In this document: positions 56,931 through 64,000 of the stretch, in pieces | How positions within the stretch are numbered: the stretch's first letter is position 1 | Layout: the number at the start of each line of letters is the position of its first letter | DNA from: a bacterium | GTDB lineage: Bacteria; Electryoneota; JAOADG01 | Assembly (NCBI GenBank): GCA_963681965.1 | Contig: OY820579.1 | Location: 4,180,868 to 4,244,867, forward strand | Direction: 5' to 3' | Length of the DNA: 64,000 nt | Position numbers and translations under genes: made by a program | The notes under the pieces: generated by a model | Told to the model about the DNA's origin: nothing | Database searches by the model: none | Seen by the model: only the letters and a program-made list of their open reading frames with translations

Positions 56931-57653
56931 TCACACCCAATCGGGATGTGCGGATGGATTTCTCAGTTTTTCGATGCGCTCTTCCAATTGATCGCGGATG
57001 TCGAAGAGGTACCCTTTCCGACCGATATCGTCCATCGGTTGTAGTTCCATCTTTTCGGCAGTTTCGAATAGGACTTCCATCACGACGCGGATGCGGTCAG
57101 TTTGATTCGTGACTTGCGTTAGGGCTTTTCGTACCGATTCCGGATTATCGACATTGACGATTTGAATGTTTCCGAGCAGGATTGTCAGGGCATTGTTGAT
57201 ATGGTGCGACATCGTGATCAATAACTGCGAGACGGCTTTATTTCGTGCCTCCTGCGATGCTTTATCGATCCGGATATCCTCTTCCATGCGCTTGCGAAGC
57301 CGCGCCTCGACCCGGGCAATCAATTCCAAACGGTCGAACGGTTTGGTGATATAATCTTCGGCACCGAGTTGAAAACCGCGCTGTTTATCGCGAATTTCAC
57401 CTTTGGCAGTGAGGAGTAACACTGGAATGACGCGGGTATCGTCTTTTTCCTGCAGTTTCGACAGGACCTCGAAGCCGTCCATTCCTTCCATCATAATGTC
57501 GAGCAGAATCAAATTCGGTTTGCGATCCGCCGCGATAACCAATGCCTGTTCACCGTTCTCGGCTTCGACGATTTCGAAGGAACTCTGCAGACTCCGCCGG
57601 CAAATTTCACGGTTTACCGGGCTGTCATCTACGACCAAAATTAACGGTGTCAT
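56931..57653 (-). CDS. Response regulator (REC plus HisKA-like helix, no ATPase domain)
   Basis: ILVVDD, LLDIMMEGMDG, LTAK, DYITKPF; then TMSHHINNALT. ATG 57653 overlaps the kinase stop. Confidence 0.85.
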   Translation of the reverse strand: MTPLILVVDDSPVNREICRRSLQSSFEIVEAENGEQALVIAADRKPNLILLDIMMEGMDGFEVLSKLQEKDDTRVIPVLLLTAKGEIRDKQRGFQLGAEDYITKPFDRLELIARVEARLRKRMEEDIRIDKASQEARNKAVSQLLITMSHHINNALTILLGNIQIVNVDNPESVRKALTQVTNQTDRIRVVMEVLFETAEKMELQPMDDIGRKGYLFDIRDQLEERIEKLRNPSAHPDWV

Positions 57654-58561
57654 GCAAGATTCTCCGAAACATTCGCAATATAGCGCGGGATTTCCACAAC
57701 GGCACACACGCCGGCATTGGTACCTTCGCTTTGAATGACGATTTGTCCACCATGGAGTTCCACGATTTGTCGACAAATGTGTAACCCAAGACCGGATCCA
57801 TCACGATCATCGGATATGGAACCACGGGTTTTGGAAAATGGTTCGAACAATTTGACCAGATCTTCCGGTTGAATGCCGACACCATCGTCGATCAGGGTTA
57901 ATTTCACACTTCCCGGATAGGCATCCAATTGCATCGCAATCGATCCACCGGGTTTCGAAGCCGCCAGTGCGTTATCGAACAAATTTTGTGCCACCAACCG
58001 GAGATAGTTTTCATCTCCTCGAACCCACAGCTCTTCCGAGGTCGATTTCCAGTGAAACACGACGTTTCGGTCGGTAGCGATCTCACGAAAAGTATACGCT
58101 TTTCCGGAGAGCAGCAATGAGATCGAAACCGGTGCTAGTTTTAAGATCTCTTTGTCACGATTGACTTTTGCCAGCATTTCCAACTGCTCGATCAATCGGC
58201 TCAGTTTACCGACATGGCGCTCGATCGCAGCGATTTGCTTGTGGGCACCATTTTGATCGCCCGCATCGACATCTTCTCGCAAAAACGCGGAATAGTTTGC
58301 CAAAGCGTGCAATGGTGTGCGAAATTCATGAGACAGTAATTCGAGAAATTGTGTTTGATGGGTTCGAAGATGGATGACTTCTCTGACACACTGATCGCGT
58401 TCGACTTCGATCGAATTCAGTCTCCGCCGCAGCTCCCATTCGACATGGTGCCGGGTATCGCGTTCTGCAGTGATCATGGCACGCAGGCGTCGGGATTGAT
58501 AGCCAAGTGCTGCCGCCAAACCGATCAATATTAGGGTCAGAAAAATAGTCAACATCGTCAA
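57650..58561 (-). CDS. Membrane-anchored sensor histidine kinase
   Basis: One TM; SHEFRTPL, NLFDNA, DDGVGI, LFEPF, GSGLGL.IC..IVELHGG. Confidence 0.9.
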   Translation of the reverse strand: MTMLTIFLTLILIGLAAALGYQSRRLRAMITAERDTRHHVEWELRRRLNSIEVERDQCVREVIHLRTHQTQFLELLSHEFRTPLHALANYSAFLREDVDAGDQNGAHKQIAAIERHVGKLSRLIEQLEMLAKVNRDKEILKLAPVSISLLLSGKAYTFREIATDRNVVFHWKSTSEELWVRGDENYLRLVAQNLFDNALAASKPGGSIAMQLDAYPGSVKLTLIDDGVGIQPEDLVKLFEPFSKTRGSISDDRDGSGLGLHICRQIVELHGGQIVIQSEGTNAGVCAVVEIPRYIANVSENLA

Positions 58562-58632
58562 AAAAGGTAAATCAAGTATCGCATGGACGCAAAAACCTTG
58601 CGCCTGTTCGTAAAAATTGGCACTTTACGAAT

Positions 58633-60960
58633 ATGAAACTTCCACAAACTGAAAAATTTCCATTTCCGTTTCGCGATTGGGCGAAAGTGTTGCGTTTGGC
58701 ATATCCCGCCGCCACGCTAATTGCTCTTATATGGTTGTTTCGTATTAATTTAGATACAAAACCGGGAAGTAGTCTGGGCGTATTTAATTCGGAGCGAACC
58801 CAGACTGAACAGTTGACTCCCCGAAATGGAGCGCCGGGAATCGAGACGTGGGAACTCCCTCTCGGGAAACTCACCGATGCCGATACGATCAGTATATTTG
58901 CTGAAGAATATTTTCACAACAACCAGCTTGTGACATTAAGTACACCGGAACTTTTGCTTTCAGCTCGGTTAAAATACGCATTCGGTCCCTTTCAGTCGGT
59001 TCCTCCCCTACGGTTTATGTTGGGTGACGATCCTCCGGGCGAACGATTACGGTTGTATGCTTCATGGTTGGATGAACTGAGTAGTGATTCGACGCAACCG
59101 GTACGGGAGCGTGTGCGCGGACTGCTGCGGTTTGCGGAACGACTCAGCTTGGCACTCGATGATCCCGGCGATGGTAAAATCATTCCGGGGTATTCTCCGT
59201 TGATTTCCACCGCAGTCTGGCGCGAACAGGATAATCGAATTTTATTGCGGTTGGGTAACTCAACTCCCCCGAAAACCGAAGAAAAATTACTTCAAATTCC
59301 AAAAGGTCGGTTATTGGGATTATTACCAGAAGCGCTGGATTTGCGACATCGATTGCTTTGGCTGCTTGTTGCACTTTCATTGGCATTTTTGATTGCGATT
59401 TGGCGCGAGACGCGTTCGGATCGTGCAGGATTGACTACACTTCTCGCCGGATCGCTGGGTGTTGGGATTTGGACGCTGGCATGTTGGGAATGGTTGCTCT
59501 CCCCGTTGGATCCGTATCTCTGGCTATTCATTCCGGTACCGTTTTATGCTGGATTACGGCTGGCGCGAGCGATCCGGAGGATTGGTGCGGAAACGGATCC
59601 GGATGATCGATTTTGGGCGATCTGGAAACGATTTGGGATTCCGGTTCTAAGTGTATTCGCGATCGCGATCATCGCCGGATATCTGGTTGATGGCTTGTTG
59701 GGACGCGTACTATTGGCACTCGGCGGGTTGAGTTTCGGGATTATTGTTTCACACGGATGGTGTGTCTCCGAGGATGCTCTCGCTCCGAGAAAATTGACAC
59801 CATTACAACCAACCCTACCCCGATATTGGGGAATTCTTTTCCTAGCTCCGTTTGCGGCGGTGTTGTTTTACCATACCGATTTCGTCGCCGGGAAAACAGC
59901 TTTTGAATCGACCTATTCGATTGCCGACACACCGACTGATTATCCATTGGATCCTTATTGGATTGGACCGTTGAATGAAGCGAGTGCACCGCTCGTCTTG
60001 ACAAATATCCGGAAACAATTCCCGAATGCGGAAATGTATCACCCGTATCTGTTGACCGCCCGCGCAATGAGTAAATCCGAGCGGGATTGGTTGAAGCCGG
60101 GACACTCGACACCATTGTTTGGTTTTTCGCGAAAATACGCTGAAGAAGAACTCGAAACTCTCCGAATGGATATATTGGGAGGGTGGTTTTATTTAATCGA
60201 TCGGATGGACAATTTGGTTTTGTCACACCCGGAAGATCGGTTATTGCAACAGACCTGGCGCTCGGAATGTGCCGCAGGTAAGATTGCGAAAGTCAGCAAT
60301 CAACTTTCCGATCCACATTACGACTGGATTTCGAAATCGATACCAGTCGATGTCAATCCTGCCAATCGGTCGGGAAGTGCGCGTCAGATCTGGCGGTTGA
60401 GTTCGCTCGAACTGTTAAATATGGCAGGTGTCGGGTTAAAGACTGCGACCAGTGAAGCGCTGCAACGAAACCCCAAAGTTGTCGGGGGTGAATGGTTCGA
60501 TACTTTTCACTTGGGAAATGGCGAAACGATTGCAGTCGTATATTTGAATACACCGAATGCAACGAATACGTTGCGATCCTTGGTTCCGACCGGAGTATTC
60601 GTGTCCGGACCGGTAGTACTAAAAGAGCTTGAACGAAATTCGCTGTTCTTTGCATTGCTTGGATTGTCGGGAATACTACTATTGGCACTGGTTGCAACGT
60701 GGAAACAGTGGTGGTTGTCGCTAACTTCGATAGCCGGTGCAATTGCCGGTTGCGCGATCGCCTATTTCTTTCGGATCGATCCGATTGCAATCGCAACCGG
60801 TGGTATATTTGGATTGGCAATTGCCTTATGGGTCCGGGATCGGTTGAGTTTAATTATCTTGGGGTTGTTTTTGGGTGCAATACCGGTAGTGGTAGTAGCA
60901 ATCGCTGGTTTGGCAATCGCTGGATCCGGGTTATTTCGTTACCTTGGCAATGCTGAATGA
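58633..60960 (+). CDS. Large polytopic membrane protein, possibly a divergent MMPL/RND-like protein
   Basis: Topology of TM, large loop, TM bundle, large loop, TM bundle; no diagnostic motif recognised. Confidence 0.5.
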   Translation: MKLPQTEKFPFPFRDWAKVLRLAYPAATLIALIWLFRINLDTKPGSSLGVFNSERTQTEQLTPRNGAPGIETWELPLGKLTDADTISIFAEEYFHNNQLVTLSTPELLLSARLKYAFGPFQSVPPLRFMLGDDPPGERLRLYASWLDELSSDSTQPVRERVRGLLRFAERLSLALDDPGDGKIIPGYSPLISTAVWREQDNRILLRLGNSTPPKTEEKLLQIPKGRLLGLLPEALDLRHRLLWLLVALSLAFLIAIWRETRSDRAGLTTLLAGSLGVGIWTLACWEWLLSPLDPYLWLFIPVPFYAGLRLARAIRRIGAETDPDDRFWAIWKRFGIPVLSVFAIAIIAGYLVDGLLGRVLLALGGLSFGIIVSHGWCVSEDALAPRKLTPLQPTLPRYWGILFLAPFAAVLFYHTDFVAGKTAFESTYSIADTPTDYPLDPYWIGPLNEASAPLVLTNIRKQFPNAEMYHPYLLTARAMSKSERDWLKPGHSTPLFGFSRKYAEEELETLRMDILGGWFYLIDRMDNLVLSHPEDRLLQQTWRSECAAGKIAKVSNQLSDPHYDWISKSIPVDVNPANRSGSARQIWRLSSLELLNMAGVGLKTATSEALQRNPKVVGGEWFDTFHLGNGETIAVVYLNTPNATNTLRSLVPTGVFVSGPVVLKELERNSLFFALLGLSGILLLALVATWKQWWLSLTSIAGAIAGCAIAYFFRIDPIAIATGGIFGLAIALWVRDRLSLIILGLFLGAIPVVVVAIAGLAIAGSGLFRYLGNAE

Positions 60961-61985
60961 GCGGTAGCAGATTGACACGTCTTTCCTTGTGGTGGCTCCT
61001 GCTACGGCTGTCGATTGCTGTAACGTTACTCGTAGGCTTTTCGAAACAGACCGACGAGATTGAACGCGAACCGATCGGACTGGGTGCGATTGCTGCGGAA
61101 AATGACAGTTTGGTCACGCTTCGCGAATATGCCGACGATCTATCCAGTATCCGCTTGAAGCTGTTGCAATTGAGCTACATCAACCGGATGCGGGCGAAAT
61201 ACGATTTACCGCCACTGAAGTACGATTTATTAGCAGGAAGAGTCATCGCCTCGCATTTGGCGGAACAGACTCGCGAACGGACATTTGCTCATATCAACCT
61301 AGCGGGTGAGTATGCTTGGCATCGGTGGGCGAAAACCGGTCGAACCGATCATGTGAAAGAGAATTTATTCGCGCTATTCAGTACCGGTAGATATCCCCGT
61401 GAATTACGTGATCAACTGTTACGGATGCATACCGGTGTCGACGCATTTCTAGCTGAAAAACCGCCGAACGACGGACATCGCAAAGCGATACTCGACCCGT
61501 ATGCGACTCACGTCGGATTGGCATTTCAGCAGGCTCCGGACGATCATAGTTTCCGTTACGGTGAATTGTATGTCAACCGGTACATTGAACTGGAACCGCT
61601 GCCACGATATTTGAAATCGTCTCACGACACCTTGATCATCAAAGGGAAGATTCTGCGACCGGTATATGGACCGTATAGTTTTTTCGGGTATTGGACACCT
61701 CCGCTTCAACGTCCGGCTCGCGCGGATTTATTCAGCGATCGTCCATATCCCGATGGTTCGAAAGAGATTGTGGTTGAATCGTGGCCGTGGGACTTTACCG
61801 GATATCGTCACGGCGACAATCGGTTCACCTTGTATTTACCGATAAACAAGGCGAAACCGGGATTACTGTACGGTGTTTTACATATCCGGGACAAGATCGA
61901 AACGATCCCTTATCGGGGTGGCAAGGCGACGACTGAAGGTACAATTCCCGCAGCTGGTTTTGTTATTCCGATCGTTGCCGATTGA
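60957..61985 (+). CDS. CAP (SCP-like) domain protein
   Basis: IN..R..Y.LPPL..D, H......F.H, ENL, GHRKAILDP..THVG.A. Confidence 0.8.
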   Translation: MSGSRLTRLSLWWLLLRLSIAVTLLVGFSKQTDEIEREPIGLGAIAAENDSLVTLREYADDLSSIRLKLLQLSYINRMRAKYDLPPLKYDLLAGRVIASHLAEQTRERTFAHINLAGEYAWHRWAKTGRTDHVKENLFALFSTGRYPRELRDQLLRMHTGVDAFLAEKPPNDGHRKAILDPYATHVGLAFQQAPDDHSFRYGELYVNRYIELEPLPRYLKSSHDTLIIKGKILRPVYGPYSFFGYWTPPLQRPARADLFSDRPYPDGSKEIVVESWPWDFTGYRHGDNRFTLYLPINKAKPGLLYGVLHIRDKIETIPYRGGKATTEGTIPAAGFVIPIVAD

Positions 61986-62071
61986 TGTTCTCAAAGCAAA
62001 GTAGTTGAATCGGAACGTTGTTCACTTGTCGATACACTCTTAAATAATAAATCTTCAGAAAAGAATCGAAA

Positions 62072-63853
62072 ATGACTGAACAATCGGGTACGCCATCATC
62101 ACCGGAAAATAGCGGTGATCTCAATTTCCAGATCACTCCGGAAGGGGATGGATCGTGGCTAATCAGCATGCGGTTCCGCAAATCGAATCTGCTTTCGATG
62201 GAAACCACTGTCGAACGGTTGCACAAGATTAAGCAGACCATTGCCGAAAAGTTTAATGAAAAAATCGAAACATTGGAATTCGGAGCAATTGCCGAAAGCA
62301 GCGACAATAAACTTTTTCTCTCGACTACGTTGCGTGTCACCCGAACCAAGGTGGAACAAGGGGATCCGTCGGTTAACTATCTCCCGGTAAAAAATGTCGA
62401 CGGTTACGAATATCCCAATATGATTGCAAGCCTCTCTTTGTATCCCCTCGATCATTCGGAACGTCCGATCACCAAAGACCGTATTTTGCAAATGCTGAAA
62501 CTCACTCGCATTGCCAACCAATGTTTAGACGATACTAAAATCGATCAAGCTTTACAGCTCGTCGAAACACAACGGAAACCGCTGAAGGAATTCGAGATCG
62601 CACGCGGGAAAATACCCGATCAAGCCAAGGATGCCGAGATCGAATTTTTTATCGCGGTCGATCCGGGTATGAATGACATCGATCAATTTATTTCCTCGCA
62701 CCGTGTTACCGAAGGTCAGGAGATTTGTCGCAAAATTTATCCGGAAGGGAAACGCCAAACCGGATACAACGTGTTTGGCGAAACAGTCGAATCGCCCAAC
62801 GGTCTCGATGTTCAACTCATTGCGGGTGATGGAGCTTCTCTCGCCTTAAACGGCAATTCAATCAATTCCAATCGACCCGGACTGGTAATTGTCAATCGTA
62901 CGACACGCAGAATCACGACGGATGATGGCGATAAAATCATGCCGGTTAAAGTCGAAGTCGCAGTTCGGGCAATCCGGACGATCGATTCCGACGAGAAAAT
63001 CGAATTGGCAACCGACGAACCGATTGAGATCGTCGGTAATGTAAAAAGTGGCAGCGAGATCACTTCTACTAGTGAAGTCATCATTACAGGCTCGCTGGAA
63101 GCGAATGTCAAAATCCAATCTCAATCCAATATCATTATCGGTGGTAATGTCGCAGAATCATCGTTAACCAGCGGTAATCATCTGGTCATTCGTGGAAGTG
63201 CGACCGGTAGTCAGCTCTCGGCACGTGAAAGTGTGGTCATCGAAGGAAGCGCAATCAGGACGACAATCACCGGTGAAACGGTTGAAGCGCGAACTTTGGT
63301 CGCCTCATCGCTGATTGCGAATCAATATGCTACAATCGGTAGTATATCTACCGACGAAGAGCGTGCGATTTGTTCGATCGTACTTGGTATGAGTGCTTTT
63401 TATAAACAACGGATCAGGGATAATGCCGAATTCATCGCCAAAGCCGATATGAATTTAACACGATTGCAAGCGTTCTTCGGTCGAGAAGTAATCGACGATC
63501 TGAAGAGCAATACCGTTCAGATGGCGTTTGTCCGTTATCTGGCACGAATTCGGCGCGAACGGCGCGAGCCGTTGAAACAGATCGAAATCACGTTACACCG
63601 AAAACTCCTGGAATCGATTCCGCCGTCGCAGGCACTGATCCTGACCCGAAAGCAGGAAAGTATCTCGCTGCAGCGCCGACTGGATGAGGCAATGAAACGT
63701 AGTGGTTCGGTTTTGACAATTACCGATTACATCGGTGTCGACACTCTGGTCAAGATCGACGATGTGGAACAACAACTGAAAGCACCCATGGCGGGACCGA
63801 TGGTTATCCGTGCCGGCGAGTCGGGTGAATTGGATATTCGGAAATCGGCATAA
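62072..63853 (+). CDS. DUF342/FapA-family protein
   Basis: IARGK.P....DA.IEF, V.EGQ.I, GYNVFGE, I.GNV.SG..I beta-helix region, coiled-coil. Confidence 0.75.
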   Translation: MTEQSGTPSSPENSGDLNFQITPEGDGSWLISMRFRKSNLLSMETTVERLHKIKQTIAEKFNEKIETLEFGAIAESSDNKLFLSTTLRVTRTKVEQGDPSVNYLPVKNVDGYEYPNMIASLSLYPLDHSERPITKDRILQMLKLTRIANQCLDDTKIDQALQLVETQRKPLKEFEIARGKIPDQAKDAEIEFFIAVDPGMNDIDQFISSHRVTEGQEICRKIYPEGKRQTGYNVFGETVESPNGLDVQLIAGDGASLALNGNSINSNRPGLVIVNRTTRRITTDDGDKIMPVKVEVAVRAIRTIDSDEKIELATDEPIEIVGNVKSGSEITSTSEVIITGSLEANVKIQSQSNIIIGGNVAESSLTSGNHLVIRGSATGSQLSARESVVIEGSAIRTTITGETVEARTLVASSLIANQYATIGSISTDEERAICSIVLGMSAFYKQRIRDNAEFIAKADMNLTRLQAFFGREVIDDLKSNTVQMAFVRYLARIRRERREPLKQIEITLHRKLLESIPPSQALILTRKQESISLQRRLDEAMKRSGSVLTITDYIGVDTLVKIDDVEQQLKAPMAGPMVIRAGESGELDIRKSA

Positions 63854-63932
63854 TTCCGACCGGCAAAAACGGTTGTGAATTATCCGCTTAGAGTGCTGAA
63901 ATTCCGATTGGACGCAGGTTTCGGTAGACCGC

Positions 63933-63961
63933 TTGAAACCGCGCTTAAAATTGGCTATGTT
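63933..63961 (+). promoter_or_regulatory. Putative sigma70 promoter of the tRNA
   Basis: TTGAAA-17 bp-TATGTT, 14 nt upstream of the tRNA 5' end. Confidence 0.5.
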
Positions 63962-63975
63962 GTATCCGCTTCACT

Positions 63976-64000
63976 GGCCCAGTAGCTCAACTGGATAGAG
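63976..64000 (+). tRNA. 5' part of a tRNA (probably tRNA-Arg), cut by the window edge
   Basis: GGCCCAG-TA-GCTC-AACTGGATA-GAG: acceptor strand plus D-arm. The D-loop is typical of tRNA-Arg, but the anticodon lies outside the window. Confidence 0.7.

Noticed and set aside
1-64000. Prophage, integrase, or an autonomous IS/RAYT gene
   Set aside because: No ORF shows recognisable HUH-Y1, DDE, tyrosine/serine recombinase or phage structural motifs. Any enzyme acting on the arrays must be encoded elsewhere or have been lost.

Overview
Chromosomal window from a Gram-negative bacterium, probably FCB-group (inferred from 7 proteins carrying a T9SS/Por-type C-terminal sorting domain, 'YPNPFN...GTYF.RL....K.V..K'). 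Housekeeping genes include a DUF4392-XRE-addB-addA operon, thpR, recA-recX, fahA, a TlyC/CorC-family protein, yggU, a FapA-like gene and the 5' part of a tRNA at the right edge. There are many exported hydrolases and beta-propeller proteins (S8, M14, M1, LVIVD, YCF48, YncE), three histidine kinases and one response regulator. A clear cobalamin riboswitch precedes a YncE/BtuG-like CTD protein and a lipoprotein. The most striking non-coding signal is a set of about eight intergenic mosaic arrays built from more than ten different GTAG-footed REP-like hairpins. These are joined by GATACA(A/G)GA/poly-A linkers and heptamer tracts, usually point inward from both ends, and are locally amplified in tandem (units of 50, 127, 165 and 180-197 bp). 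A related TIR-bounded mini-cassette occurs with and without one extra hairpin module. No RAYT/transposase, CRISPR or reverse transcriptase gene is present in the window. All calls come from motif recognition by eye; no database searches were run.
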